This document shows, one piece after another, positions 1 through 14,428 of a stretch of 64,000 nt of DNA. The notes beneath the pieces were generated by a model that saw nothing but the letters and a program-made list of their open reading frames with translations, was not told where the DNA came from and made no database searches. This DNA comes from Auanema rhodensis. Its lineage: Eukaryota > Animalia > Nematoda. The DNA is taken from contig OZ059896.1 in assembly GCA_964057225.1 (NCBI GenBank), positions 558,001 through 622,000 of the forward strand, written 5' to 3'. Position 1 is the stretch's first letter. Every line of letters begins with the position of its first letter. Position numbers and translations under genes: made by a program.

Positions 1-3000
1 TTGTTTTTAGACTAATATGGACATGGGTAATCTAATTTTGAAAACCGCATCTCTTTATCTTTCACGTGAAGCGAGTTACATACCAAGAGCACATCACGTG
101 TACATTTAATTAGCATAAATTAAAGTTCACGTAAATTTCAAAGTCATGGTTACCATGCACCAATATCAATAAAAATTTGTTTTTAGACTAATATGGACAT
201 GGGGAATCTAATTTTGAAAACCGCATCTCTTTATCTTTCACGTGAAGCGAGTTACATACCAAGTGCACATCACGTGTACATTTAATTAGCATAAATTAAA
301 GTTCACGTAAATTTCAAAGTCATGGTTACCATGCACCAATATCAATAAAAATTTGTTTTTAGACTAATATGGACATGGGGAATCTAATTTTGAAAACCGC
401 ATCTCTTTAACTTTCACGTGAAGCGAGTTACATACCAAGTGCACATCACGTGTACATTTAATTAGCATAAATTAAAGTTCACGTAAATTTCAAAGTCATG
501 GTTACCATGAACCAATATCAATAAAAATTTGTTTTTAGACTAATATGGACATGCGGAATCTAATTTTGAAAACCGCATCTCTTTATCTTTCACGTGAAGC
601 GAGTTACATACCAAGTGCACATCACGTGTACATTTAATTAGCATAAATTAAAGTTCACGTAAATTTCAAAGTCATGGTTACCATGAACCAATATCAATAA
701 AAATTTGTTTTTAGACTAATATGGACATGGGGAATCTAATTTTGAAAACCGCATCTCTTTATCTTTCACGTGAAGCGAGTTACATACCAAGTGCACATCA
801 CGTGTACATTTAATTAGCATAAATTAAAGTTCACGTAAAATTCAAAGTCATGGTTACCATGCACCAATATCAATAAAAATTTGTTTTTAGACTAATATGG
901 ACATGGGGAATCTAATTTTGAAAACCGCATCTCTTTAACTTTCACGTGAAGCGAGTTACATACCAAGTGCACATCACGTGTACATTTAATTAGCATAAAT
1001 TAAAGTTCACGTAAATTTCAAAGTCATGGTTACCATGAACCAATATCAATAAAAATTTGTTTTTAGACTAATATGGACATGGGGAATCTAATTTTGAAAA
1101 CCGCATCTCTTTATCTTTCACGTGAAGCGAGTTACATACCAAGTGCACATCACGTCTACATTTAATTAGCATAAATTAAAGTTCACGTAAAATTCAAAGT
1201 CATGGTTACCATGCACCAATATCAATAAAAATTTGTTTTTAGACTAATATGGACATGGGGAATCTAATTTTGAAAACCGCATCTCTTTAACTTTCACGTG
1301 AAGCGAGTTACATACCAAGTGCACATCACGTGTACATTTAATTAGCATAAATTAAAGTTCACGTAAATTTCAAAGTCATGGTTACCATGAACCAATATCA
1401 ATAAAAATTTGTTTTTAGACTAATATGGACATGGGGAATCTAATTTTGAAAACCGCATCTCTTTATCTTTAACGTGAAGCGAGTTACATACCAAGTGCAC
1501 ATCACGTGTACATTTAATTAGCATAAATTAAAGTTCACGTAAATTTCAAAGTCATGGTTACCATTAACCAATATCAATAAAAATTTGTTTTTAGACTAAT
1601 ATGGACATGGGGAATCTAATTTTGAAAACCGCATCTCTTTATCTTTCACGTGAAGCGAGTTACATACCAAGTGCACATCACGTGTACATTTAATTAGCAT
1701 AAATTAAAGTTCACGTAAATTTCAAAGTCATGGTTACCATTAACCAATATCAATAAAAATTTGTTTTTAGACTAATATGGACATGGGGAATCTAATTTTG
1801 AAAACCGCATCTCTTTAACTTTCACGTGAAGCGAGTTACATACCAAGTGCACATCACGTGTACATTTAATTAGCATAAATTAAAGTTCACGTAAATTTCA
1901 AAGTCATGGTTACCATGAACCAATATCAATAAAAATTTGTTTTTAGACTAATATGGACATGGGGAATCTAATTTTGAAAACCGCATCTCTTTATCTTTCA
2001 CGTGAAGCGAGTTACATACCAAGAGCACATCACGTGTACATTTAATTAGCATAAATTAAAGTTCACGTAAATTTCAAAGTCATGGTTACCATTAACCAAT
2101 ATCAATAAAAATTTGTTTTTAGACTAATATGGACATGGGGAATCTAATTTTGAAAACCGCATCTCTTTATCTTTCACGTGAAGCGAGTTACATACCAAGT
2201 GCACATCACGTGTACATTTAATTAGCATAAATTAAAGTTCACGTAAATTTCAAAGTCATGGTTACCATTAACCAATATCAATAAAAATTTGTTTTTAGAC
2301 TAATATGGACATGGGGAATCTAATTTTGAAAACCGCATCTCTTTATCTTTCACGTGAAGCGAGTTACATACCAAGTGCACATCACGTGTACATTTAATTA
2401 GCATAAATTAAAGTTCACGTAAATTTCAAAGTCATGGTTACCATGAACCAATATCAATAAAAATTTGTTTTTAGACTAATATGGACATGGGGAATCTAAT
2501 TTTGAAAACCGCATCTCTTTATCTTTCACGTGAAGCGAGTTACATACCAAGTGCACATCACGTGTACATTTAATTAGCATAAATTAAAGTTCACGTAAAT
2601 TTCAAAGTCATGGTTACCATGAACCAATATCAATAAAAATTTGTTTTTAGACTAATATGGACATGGGGAATCTAATTTTGAAAACCGCATCTCTTTATCT
2701 TTCACGTGAAGCGAGTTACATACCAAGTGCACATCACGTGTACATTTAATTAGCATAAATTAAAGTTCACGTAAAATTCAAAGTCATGGTTACCATGCAC
2801 CAATATCAATAAAAATTTGTTTTTAGACTAATATGGACATGGGGAATCTAATTTTGAAAACCGCATCTCTTTATCTTTCACGTGAAGCGAGTTACATACC
2901 AAGTGCACATCACGTGTACATTTAATTAGCATAAATTAAAGTTCACGTAAATTTCAAAGTCATGGTTACCATGCACCAATATCAATAAAAATTAGTATTT

Positions 3001-6000
3001 AGACTAATATGGACATGGGGGATCTAATTTTGAAAACCGCATCTCTTTATCTTTCACGTGAAGCGAGTTACATACCAAGTGCACATCACGTGTACATTTA
3101 ATTAGCATAAATTAAAGTTCACGTAAATTTCAAAGTCATGGTTACCATGAACCAATATCAATAAAAATTTGTTTTTAGACTAATATGGACATGGGTAATC
3201 TAATTTTGAAAACCGCATCTCTTTAACTTTCACGTGAAGCGAGTTACATACCAAGTGCACATCACGTGTACATTTAATTAGCATAAATTAAAGTTCACGT
3301 AAATTTCAAAGTCATGGTTACCATGAACCAATATCAATAAAAATTTGTTTTTAGACTAATATGGACATGGGGAATCTAATTTTGAAAACCGCATCTCTTT
3401 ATCTTTCACGTGAAGCGAGTTACATACCAAGTGCACATCACGTGTACATTTAATTAGCATAAATTAAAGTTCACGTAAATTTCAAAGTCATGGTTACCAT
3501 GAACCAATATCAATAAAAATTTGTTTTTAGACTAATATGGACATGGGGAATCTAATTTTGAAAACCGCATCTCTTTATCTTTAACGTGAAGCGAGTTACA
3601 TACCAAGTGCACATCACGTGTACATTTAATTAGCATAAATTAAAGTTCACGTAAATTTCAAAGTCATGGTTACCATGCACCAATATCAATAAAAATTTGT
3701 TTTTAGACTAATATGGACATGGGGAATCTAATTTTGAAAACCGCATCTCTTTAACTTTCACGTGAAGCGAGTTACATACCAAGTGCACATCACGTGTACA
3801 TTTAATTAGCATAAATTAAAGTTCACGTAAATTTCAAAGTCATGGTTACCATGAACCAATATCAATAAAAATTTGTTTTTAGACTAATATGGACATGGGG
3901 AATCTAATTTTGAAAACCGCATCTCTTTATCTTTCACGTGAAGCGAGTTACATACCAAGTGCACATCACGTGTACATTTAATTAGCATAAATTAAAGTTC
4001 ACGTAAATTTCAAAGTCATGGTTACCATGAACCAATATCAATAAAAATTTGTTTTTAGACTAATATGGACATGGGGAATCTAATTTTGAAAACCGCATCT
4101 CTTTATCTTTCACGTGAAGCGAGTTACATACCAAGTGCACATCACGTGTACATTTAATTACCATAAATTAAAGTTCACGTAAAATTCAAAGTCATGGTTA
4201 CCATGCACCAATATCAATAAAAATTTGTTTTTAGACTAATATGGACATGGGGAATCTAATTTTGAAAACCGCATCTCTTTAACTTTCACGTGAAGCGAGT
4301 TACATACCAAGTGCACATCACGTGTACATTTAATTAGCATAAATTAAAGTTCACGTAAATTTCAAAGTCATGGTTACCATGAACCAATATCAATAAAAAT
4401 TTGTTTTTAGACTAATATGGACATGGGGAATCTAATTTTGGAAACCGCATCTCTTTATCTTTCACGTGAAGCGAGTTACATACCAAGTGCACATCACGTG
4501 TACATTTAATTAGCATAAATTAAAGTTCACGTAAATTTCAAAGTCATGGTTACCATGAACCAATATCAATAAAAATTTGTTTTTAGACTAATATGGACAT
4601 GGGGAATCTAATTTTGAAAACCGCATCTCTTTATCTTTCACGTGAAGCGAGTTACATACCAAGTGCACATCACGTGTACATTTAATTAGCATAAATTAAA
4701 GTTCACGTAAATTTCAAAGTCATGGTTACCATGAACCAATATCAATAAAAATTTGTTTTTAGACTAATATGGACATGGGGAATCTAATTTTGGAAACCGC
4801 ATCTCTTTATCTTTCACGTGAAGCGAGTTACATACCAAGTGCACATCACGTGTACATTTAATTAGCATAAATTAAAGTTCACGTAAATTTCAAAGTCATG
4901 GTTACCATGAACCAATATCAATAAAAATTTGTTTTTAGACTAATATGGACATGGGGAATCTAATTTTGAAAACCGCATCTCTTTATCTTTCACGTGAAGC
5001 GAGTTACATACCAAGTGCACATCACGTGTACATTTAATTAGCATAAATTAAAGTTCACGTAAATTTCAAAGTCATGGTTACCATGAACCAATATCAATAA
5101 AAATTTGTTTTTAGACTAATATGGACATGGGGAATCTAATTTTGAAAACCGCATCTCTTTATCTTTCACGTGAAGCGAGTTACATACCAAGTGCACATCA
5201 CGTGTACATTTAATTAGCATAAATTAAAGTTCACGTAAATTTCAAAGTCATGGTTACCATGAACCAATATCAATAAAAATTTGTTTGTAGACTAATATGG
5301 ACATGGGGAATCTAATTTTGAAAACCGCATCTCTTTATCTTTCACGTGAAGCGAGTTACATACCAAGTGCACATCACGTGTACATTTAATTAGCATAAAT
5401 TAAAGTTCACGTAAATTTCAAAGTCATGGTTACCATGCACCAATATCAATAAAAATTTGTTTTTAGACTAATATGGACATGGGTAATCTAATTTTGAAAA
5501 CCGCATCTCTTTATCTTTCACGTGAAGCGAGTTACATACCAAGAGCACATCACGTGTACATTTAATTAGCATAAATTAAAGTTCACGTAAATTTCAAAGT
5601 CATGGTTACCATGCACCAATATCAATAAAAATTTGTTTTTAGACTAATATGGACATGGGGAATCTAATTTTGAAAACCGCATCTCTTTATCTTTCACGTG
5701 AAGCGAGTTACATACCAAGTGCACATCACGTGTACATTTAATTAGCATAAATTAAAGTTCACGTAAATTTCAAAGTCATGGTTACCATGAACCAATATCA
5801 ATAAAAATTTGTTTTTAGACTAATATGGACATGGGGAATCTAATTTTGAAAACCGCATCTCTTTATCTTTCACGTGAAGCGAGTTACATACCAAGTGCAC
5901 ATCACGTGTACATTTAATTAGCATAAATTAAAGTTCACGTAAATTTCAAAGTCATGGTTACCATGAACCAATATCAATAAAAATTTGTTTTTAGACTAAT

Positions 6001-9000
6001 ATGGACATGGGGAATCTAATTTTGAAAACCGCATCTCTTTATCTTTCACGTGAAGCGAGTTACATACCAAGTGCACATCACGTGTACATTTAATTAGCAT
6101 AAATTAAAGTTCACGTAAATTTCAAAGTCATGGTTACCATGCACCAATATCAATAAAAATTTGTTTTTAGACTAATATGGACATGGGGAATCTAATTTTG
6201 AAAACCGCATCTCTTTATCTTTCACGTGAAGCGAGTTACATACCAAGTGCACATCACGTGTACATTTAATTAGCATAAATTAAAGTTCACGTAAATTTCA
6301 AAGTCATGGTTACCATGAACCAATATCAATAAAAATTTGTTTTTAGACTAATATGGACATGGGGAATCTAATTTTGAAAACCGCATCTCTTTATCTTTCA
6401 CGTGAAGCGAGTTACATACCAAGTGCACATCACGTGTACATTTAATTAGCATAAATTAAAGTTCACGTAAAATTCAAAGTCATGGTTACCATGCACCAAT
6501 ATCAATAAAAATTTGTTTTTAGACTAATATGGACATGGAGAATCTAATTTTGAAAACCGCATCTCTTTATCTTTCACGTGAAGCGAGTTACATACCAAGT
6601 GCACATCACGTGTACATTTAATTAGCATAAATTAAAGTTCACGTAAATTTCAAAGTCATGGTTACCATGCACCAATATCAATAAAAATTTGTTTTTAGAC
6701 TAATATGGACATGGGAAATATAATTTTGAAAACCGCATCTTTTTATCTTTCACGTGAAGCGAGTTACATACCAAGTGCACATCACGTGTACATTTAATTA
6801 GCATAAATTAAAGTTCACGTAAATTTCAAAGTCATGGTTACCATGCACCAATATCAATAAAAATTTGTTTTTAGACTAATATGGACATGGGGAATCTAAT
6901 TTTGAAAACCGCATCTCTTTAACTTTCACGTGAAGCGAGTTACATACCAAGTGCACATCACGTGTACATTTAATTAGCATAAATTAAAGTTCACGTAAAT
7001 TTCAAAGTCATGGTTACCATGAACCAATATCAATAAAAATTTGTTTTTAGACTAATATGGACATGGGGAATCTAATTTTGAAAACCGCATCTCTTTATCT
7101 TTCACGTGAAGCGAGTTACATACCAAGTGCACATCACGTGTACATTTAATTAGCATAAATTAAAGTTCACGTAAATTTCAAAGTCATGGTTACCATGAAC
7201 CAATATCAATAAAAATTTGTTTTTAGACTAATATGGACATGGGGAATCTAATTTTGAAAACCGCATCTCTTTATCTTTCACGTGAAACGAGTTACATACC
7301 AAGAGCACATCACGTGTACATTTAATTAGCATAAATTAAAGTTCACGTAAATTTCAAAGTCATGGTTACCATGCACCAATATTTATAAAAATTTGTTTTT
7401 AGACTAATATGGACATGGGGAATCTAATTTTGAAAACCGCATCTCTTTATCTTACACGTGAAGCGAGTTACATACCAAGTGCACATCACGTGTACATTTA
7501 ATTAGCATAAATTAAAGTTCACGTAAATTTCAAAGTCATGGTTACCATGAACCAATATCAATAAAAATTTGTTTTTAGACTAATATGGACAGGGGGAATC
7601 TAATTTTGAAAACCGCATCTCTTCATCTTTCACGTGAAGCGAGTTACATACCAAATGCACATCACGTGTACATTTAATTAGCATAAATTAAAGTTCACGT
7701 AAATTTCAAAGTCATGGTTACCATGAACCAATATCAATAAAAATTTGTTTTTAGACTAATATGGACATGAGGAATCTAATTTTGAAAACCGCATCTCTTC
7801 ATCTTTCACGTGAAGCGAGTTACATACCAAGTGCACATCACGTGTACATTTAATTAGCATAAATTAAAGTTCACGTAAATTTCAAAGTCATGGTTACCAT
7901 GCACCAATATCAATAAAAATTTGTTTTTAGACTAATATAGACATGGGGAATCTAATTTTGAAAACCGCATCTCTTTATCTTTCACGTGAAGCGAGTTACA
8001 TACCAAGTGCACATCACGTGTACATTTAATTAGCATAAATTAAAGTTCACGTAAATTTCAAAGTCATGGTTACCATGAAGCAATACCAATAAAAATTTGT
8101 TTTTAGACTAATATGGACATGGGGAATCTAATTTTGAAAACCGCATCTCTTTATCTTTCACGTGAAGCGAGTTACATACCAAGTGCACATCACGTGTACA
8201 TTTAATTAGCATAAATTAAAGTTCACGTAAAATTCAAAGTCATGGTTACCATGCACCAATATCAATAAAAATTTGTTTTTAGACTAATATGGACATGGGG
8301 AATCTAATTTTGAAAACCGCATCTCTTTATCTTTTACGTGAAGCGAGTTACATACCAAGTGCACATCACGTGTACATTTAATTAGCATAAATTAAAGTTC
8401 ACGTAAATTTCAAATTCATGGTTACCATGAAGCAATATCAATAAAAATTTGTTTTTAGACTAATATGGACATGGGGAATCTAATCTTGAAAACCGCATCT
8501 CTTTATCTTTCACTTGAAGCGAGTTACATACCAAGTGCACATCACGTGTACATTTAATTAGCATAAATTAAAGTTCACGTAAAATTCAAAGTCATGGTTA
8601 CCATGCACCAATATCAATAAAAATTTGTTTTTAGACTAATATGGACATGGGGAATCTAATTTTGGAAACCGCATCTCTTTATCTTTTACGTGAAGCGAGT
8701 TACATACCAAGTGCACATCACGTGTACATTTAATTAGCATAAATTAAAGTTCACGTAAATTTCAAAGTCATGGTTACCATGAACCAATATCAATAAAAAT
8801 TTGTTTTCAGACTAATATGGACATGGGGAATCTAATTTTGAAAACCGCATCTCTTTATCTTTCACGTGAAGCGAGTTACATACCAAGTGCACATCACGTG
8901 TACATTTAATTAGCATAAATTAAAGTTCACGTAAATTTCAAAGTCATGGTTACCATGAACCAATATCAATAAAAATTTGTTTTTAGACTAATATGGACAT

Positions 9001-11033
9001 GGGGAATCTAATTTTGAAAACCGCATCTCTTTATCTTTCACGTGAAGCGAGTTACATACCAAGTGCACATCACGTGTACATTTAATTAGCATAAATTAAA
9101 GTTCACGTAAATTTCAAAGTCATGGTTACCATGCACCAATATCAATAAAAATTTGTTTTTAGACTAATATGGACATGGGGGATCTAATTTTGAAAACCGC
9201 ATCTCTTTATCTTTCACGTGAAGCGAGTTACATACCAAGTGCACATCACGTGTACATTTAATTAGCATAAATTAAAGTTCACGTAAATTTCAAAGTCATG
9301 GTTACCATGCACCAATATCAATAAAAATTTGTTTTTAGACTAATATGGACATGGGGAATCTAATTTTGAAAACCGCATCTCTTTATCTTTCACGTGAAGC
9401 GAGTTACATACCAAGTGCACATCACGTGTACATTTAATTAGCATAAATTAAAGTTCACGTAAATTTCAAAGTCATGGTTACCATGAACCAATATCAATAA
9501 AAATTTGTTTTTAGACTAATATGGACATGGGGAATCTAATTTTGAAAACCGCATCTCTTTATCTTTCACGTGAAGCGAGTTACATACCAAGTGCACATCA
9601 CGTGTACATTTAATTAGCATAAATTAAAGTTCACGTAAATTTCAAAGTCATGGTTACCATGAACCAATATCAATAAAAATTTGTTTTTAGACTAATATGG
9701 ACATGGGGAATCTAACTTTGAAAACCGCATCTCTTTATCTTTCACGTGAAGCGAGTTACATACCAAGTGCACATCACGTGTACATTTAATTAGCATAAAT
9801 TAAAGTTCACGTAAATTTCAAAGTCATGGTTACCATGAACCAATATCAATAAAAATTTGTTTTTAGACTAATATGGACATGGGGAATCTAATTTTGAAAA
9901 CCGCATCTCTTTATCTTTCACGTGAAGCGAGTTACATACCAAGTGCACATCACGTGTACATTTAATTAGCATAAATTAAAGTTCACGTAAATTTCAAAGT
10001 CGTGGTTACCATGCACCAATATCAATAAAAATTCGTTTTTAGACTAATATGGACATGGGGAATCTAATTTTGAAAACCGCATCTCTTTATCTTTCACGTG
10101 AAGCGAGTTACATACCAAGTGCACATCACGTGTACATTTAATTAGCATAAATTAAAGTTCACGTAAATTTCAAAGTCATGGTTACCATGAACCAATATCA
10201 ATAAAAATTTGTTTTTAGACTAATATGGACATGGGGAATCTAATTTTGAAAACCGCATCTCTTTATCTTTCACGTGAAGCGAGTTACATACCAAGTGCAC
10301 ATCACGTGTACATTTAATTAGCATAAATTAAAGTTCACGTAAATTTCAAAGTCATGGTTACCATGCACCAATATCAATAAAAATTTGTTTTTAGACTAAT
10401 ATGGACATGGGGGATCTAATTTTGAAAACCGCATCTCTTTATCTTTCACGTGAAGCGAGTTACATACCAAGTGCACATCACGTGTACATTTAATTAGCAT
10501 AAATTAAAGTTCACGTAAATTTCAAAGTCATGGTTACCATGCACCAATATCAATAAAAAATTGTTTTTAGACTAATATGGACATGGGGAATCTAATTTTG
10601 AAAACCGCATCTCTTCATCTTTCACGTGAAGCGAGTTACATACCAAGTGCACATCACGTGTACATTTAATTAGCATAAATTAAAGTTCACGTAAATTTCA
10701 AAGTCATGGTTACCATGCACCAATATCAATAAAAATTTGTTTTTAGACTAATATGGACATGGGGAATCTAATTTTGAAAACCGCATCTCTTTATCTTTCA
10801 CGTGAAGCGAGTTACATACCAAGTGCACATCACGTGTACATTTAATTAGCATAAATTAAAGTTCACGTAAATTTCAAAGTCATGGTTACCATGAACCAAT
10901 ATCAATAAAAATTTGTTTTTAGACTAATATGGACATGGGAAATCTAATTTTGAAAACCGCATCTCTTTATCTTTCACGTGAAGCGAGTTACATACCAAGT
11001 GCACATCACGTGTACATTTAATTAGCATAAATT
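1..11033. repeat. 176-bp satellite DNA tandem array (left arm, ~62.7 monomers, runs off the window start)
   Basis: TTGTTTTTAG recurs at 1, 177, 881, 2641 (period 176). The phase at 11033 equals monomer position 121, so there is no net indel across 62 monomers, only scattered substitutions. Confidence 0.99.
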
Positions 11034-11049
11034 ATTTATTTATTTATTT
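11034..11049 (-). repeat. (TAAA)4 microsatellite 3' tail of the CR1 element
   Basis: ATTTATTTATTTATTT lies directly after satellite ...GCATAAATT. Short tandem-repeat tails are typical of CR1-clade elements. Confidence 0.85.
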
Positions 11050-11506
11050 CAGTTCAACAATACCACAGGTTACAATATATGAGTGAAAAATGTATGTTGT
11101 TGTGTGAAAAAAAGATTAACCTTTCGGTAGTTGAGAAAAAGATAAGAAAAAATGAGAACACTAACGTAATGTTCGATTTGTGAAACTTGAAACACCATGT
11201 TCTTGACGATTGTTGTGAGAAGACTTTTACTGATCTCAGCTTTGAAATAAGAAACAATTCGAAGCTTATCACTTCTACCGTTGACGAGGTGCGGTGATAC
11301 CAAGAAAACAAAGGTCAAGCCCGTTCTGTCAATGAGTGATAACCACGCTCTGACCGTATGACTCATGTCTATAGGTCGGATGCGCGGGAAATACTGAGTC
11401 AGGTAAACAAAGGAGACAAGAAAACAGGTAGAGTAAGCTCACAGAAACGAAAAAAAACAAAAAAATAGTGAAATATATATGTAGTTAACAATAGCAACAA
11501 TACATA

Positions 11507-14428
11507 TTAAATTTTACAATTGCGAAATTTACAGTTTTTCAGGTAGCTACGAAAATTATACGTTTTCTCAATATTAACAAACATGGGATGAAGTTCATTC
11601 CAATCTTGGATCCAGCGATATTCAAAACTTGACAATGCAGCTTTTGAGAAGTACTGTGGTGCTACCAAAAGATAATCATGCTGACGAAATGAATATTGAT
11701 GCTCTTTTAGTCTGAACAAGGTTTTACTAAGGATTGAGTTACCCTTTGCTATTTTGAAATATTGGCAAAAATCAGCGATAACACGTCTGTTTATCAGCTC
11801 ATCTGCCTTGAGGAACTCGAGCTTATTCATGTAGCCATGAATCTCAAGATTGGCACGCTTAAAAATAGCGTTGACAAACCTTTTTTGAACACTCTCTATA
11901 AATTGAATGTCTTTTTTGAGGTATGGAGACCAAACCTCAGAGGCATACTCCAATATAGGTCTAACATAGCAACAAAACAAACGGAAGAGTAGTTTGGGGC
12001 AAGAACTGTTGAAGCATCTCAGAATGAGCTTACAACGTTTGGTAGCGGTAGAGGTAATTGATTGAAAATGGGGACCAAAAGAAAGGTTTTTGTCTATAAT
12101 AACTCCCAAATCTTTAAAGTTATTGACGGATTCAAGTAAACAGTCATTGATTTGAAAGCTCACAGCGCCTTCAACTTTCCCTATAACCATGATTTTAGAC
12201 TTTTTAACATTTATGAGCATATCATTGCTTTTACACCAAGCTGAAAGAAAATCAAGTGAACACTGCAGGCTAGGAGCATTTGCCGAGAATAGTTTAATAT
12301 CGTCAGCATAAGCAATAGCTTGAGTGTCGCCTGTAAATTTTTCCAGTAAATCATTAACATACAAAAGAAAGAAAAGAGGGCCCAAAACAGTCCCTTGAGG
12401 AACACCGCAATGTATTTCCCGGGGTTTAGATAAAACATCGCCCTGTACAACAGAGAATGATCTACCAGCAAGAAATTGTTTGAAAAATTTAATGAGCGAG
12501 CTGTGTAAACCAAAAGAGTGTAATTTATGTAGCAAAATATCATGATTTATTTTATCAAATGCTTTTGAGAAATCAATAAAAGCAGTATAAATTGCGTTGC
12601 GGCGTTCCTTAAGGCATCTCCATTGAGAGTGAGCACTCAGAAGTGCGGTAGACGTGCTACAACCAGGAAGAAAACCATGCTGAGAAGAACAAATTAGATT
12701 TTTACGAAGTAAATAATCTATTAATTCTTTTCTTATGATGCGTTCAAAAACTTTAGAGATAGAAGCAGTTAAAGAGATAGGCCTGTAATTTTTAGGATCA
12801 CTGACGTTACCAGATTTATAGACGGGTTTAACCCATGCTGTTTTCCACCCGTTAGGACAAACACCAAACGACACAAACGCATTAAAAAAGTATGTAATAG
12901 GACGAACAAGAGAAGGAGCACACCTATTAAGAAATAAATAGGGGATTCCATCAGGTGACGTACATACACGATTAGGAAGGTTTCTGAGAAACTTATAGAC
13001 TGTAAGTTCCTCGATGTAGACATGCTTTTGTGGACTGGTAACAGCAGACTTGTTTGTAGGACATGGAGAACATTGACTATTGTATGGCGTGGAAAAAGGT
13101 TCAGAAAACATTTCTGATAGTAAGTTAGCTTTATCAACAGAATCTGATATTGTGTTGTTGTTATGTTTGAGAAAAGGTGCTTCCACTGAACCACCCAAAC
13201 GACCGCGACAAAATTTGTAAAACAATTTTTGATTACCTTGAAGAGAAATTTTATGTTCTTCAAAAGCACGTTGGCGTTTGATCAAGCCGTTTAATCTACG
13301 TACAAGCGCACGGTATCTAACAGAAGACGTGACACCAAAACATTTAGACAGCCTAGCAAGTCTGTTGTTAAGTAAAGATATGGAACGTGCAATGGACTGC
13401 TTGGTTTTAGTAACTTTGAAATTAGGGACATTACAGCGGATGACATCTCTGAGTATTTCAGTGAATGATTCATACGCCGTACAAACATCGAGATGTGAAA
13501 AAGAGTGTACAAAGTCAATAGAGCTGATTATATAGTTAATTTTATTATAATCTGCCGCATTGAAATTTCTTGAAAGCAAACGTTTAGGATGACAGATAGA
13601 GAGTTTAGGAGAACTGAGGCTGGACTGGGAGATGGTTCTAAGGTTGAGATTACCGTTAAAACGTTGGGGTGATAATAAATTATTACAATCGACATGGAAA
13701 AAAAGAGATTGATGATCGGAAGTGCCAAAGGGTGGTAAACAATCAATATCGGAAACAGTTTCAGATACATTAGTTACAACACAATCCAGAGTAAATGTAC
13801 TACGAGTGGGAAAGGACACAAGTTGGGAGCATCCTTTGGATACAATAAATTCTAAGAATGATTTGGCTTGGGGGGAGTTTTTAGTCAGAGAGTAATTTTC
13901 CCAGTTGATACGAGAAAAATTAAAATCGCCAATGAGAATAAATTTTTCTTTGAACATTTCACAAGAATTGAGATAATCAAGGAAAAGGTTGAAAGATGCG
14001 GTTGAGCAAGATGGGGCACGGTAACATATACAAAAAGTAAGAAAAGGGGGGGAAGCTAATGTGAAACATACAACTTGACAATAATTGCTAAAAGAATGTG
14101 AGGTAACATTGATTAAAGAGAGGTGTTTTTTGATCAAAACCAAAACACCACCTCCTCTAGTATCAACACTCCTATCACTACGGATAACATAATATAAATC
14201 AGAAAGTGGTAAAGTTGAGCTACAGATATCACTATTTAGCCAACTTTCATTGAAACAAATAATGTCAGGGTTATAAGCAGTGGAAACAAAATTGAAATGG
14301 GGGAATTTGTTCAAAACAGAACGAGCATTAGAGAAATAGACCGAGAGGGGGGCAGGGAAAGAAGTATGATTAACGAAAGCTATGTTTTGGAGGTGGAAGT
14401 GATTTGGTGGAGGGAGTATGATTAGGAA
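11507..14428 (-). CDS. CR1 ORF2: apurinic-like endonuclease + reverse transcriptase (frame open from 14428; the ORF track starts at a TTG at 14314; no upstream ATG)
   Basis: APE motifs VYFSNARSVLNK (just upstream of the track start), DIICFNESWL, RGGGV, CYRAP, IGDFN, LDCVV, SDH. RT motifs SPDGIP, NYRPISL, QHGF, FIDFSKAFD, GVPQGTVLGP, YADD, KDLG. No internal stops. Confidence 0.96.
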   Translation of the reverse strand, partial: FLIILPPPNHFHLQNIAFVNHTSFPAPLSVYFSNARSVLNKFPHFNFVSTAYNPDIICFNESWLNSDICSSTLPLSDLYYVIRSDRSVDTRGGGVLVLIKKHLSLINVTSHSFSNYCQVVCFTLASPPFLTFCICYRAPSCSTASFNLFLDYLNSCEMFKEKFILIGDFNFSRINWENYSLTKNSPQAKSFLEFIVSKGCSQLVSFPTRSTFTLDCVVTNVSETVSDIDCLPPFGTSDHQSLFFHVDCNNLLSPQRFNGNLNLRTISQSSLSSPKLSICHPKRLLSRNFNAADYNKINYIISSIDFVHSFSHLDVCTAYESFTEILRDVIRCNVPNFKVTKTKQSIARSISLLNNRLARLSKCFGVTSSVRYRALVRRLNGLIKRQRAFEEHKISLQGNQKLFYKFCRGRLGGSVEAPFLKHNNNTISDSVDKANLLSEMFSEPFSTPYNSQCSPCPTNKSAVTSPQKHVYIEELTVYKFLRNLPNRVCTSPDGIPYLFLNRCAPSLVRPITYFFNAFVSFGVCPNGWKTAWVKPVYKSGNVSDPKNYRPISLTASISKVFERIIRKELIDYLLRKNLICSSQHGFLPGCSTSTALLSAHSQWRCLKERRNAIYTAFIDFSKAFDKINHDILLHKLHSFGLHSSLIKFFKQFLAGRSFSVVQGDVLSKPREIHCGVPQGTVLGPLFFLLYVNDLLEKFTGDTQAIAYADDIKLFSANAPSLQCSLDFLSAWCKSNDMLINVKKSKIMVIGKVEGAVSFQINDCLLESVNNFKDLGVIIDKNLSFGPHFQSITSTATKRCKLILRCFNSSCPKLLFRLFCCYVRPILEYASEVWSPYLKKDIQFIESVQKRFVNAIFKRANLEIHGYMNKLEFLKADELINRRVIADFCQYFKIAKGNSILSKTLFRLKEHQYSFRQHDYLLVAPQYFSKAALSSFEYRWIQDWNELHPMFVNIEKTYNFRSYLKNCKFRNCKI

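Noticed and set aside
11054-13770. Small ORFs overlapping the CR1 3' UTR and ORF2 (and antisense ORFs within the R4 ORF)
   Set aside because: They are alternative-frame or antisense shadows of the main ORFs, with no recognisable motifs.
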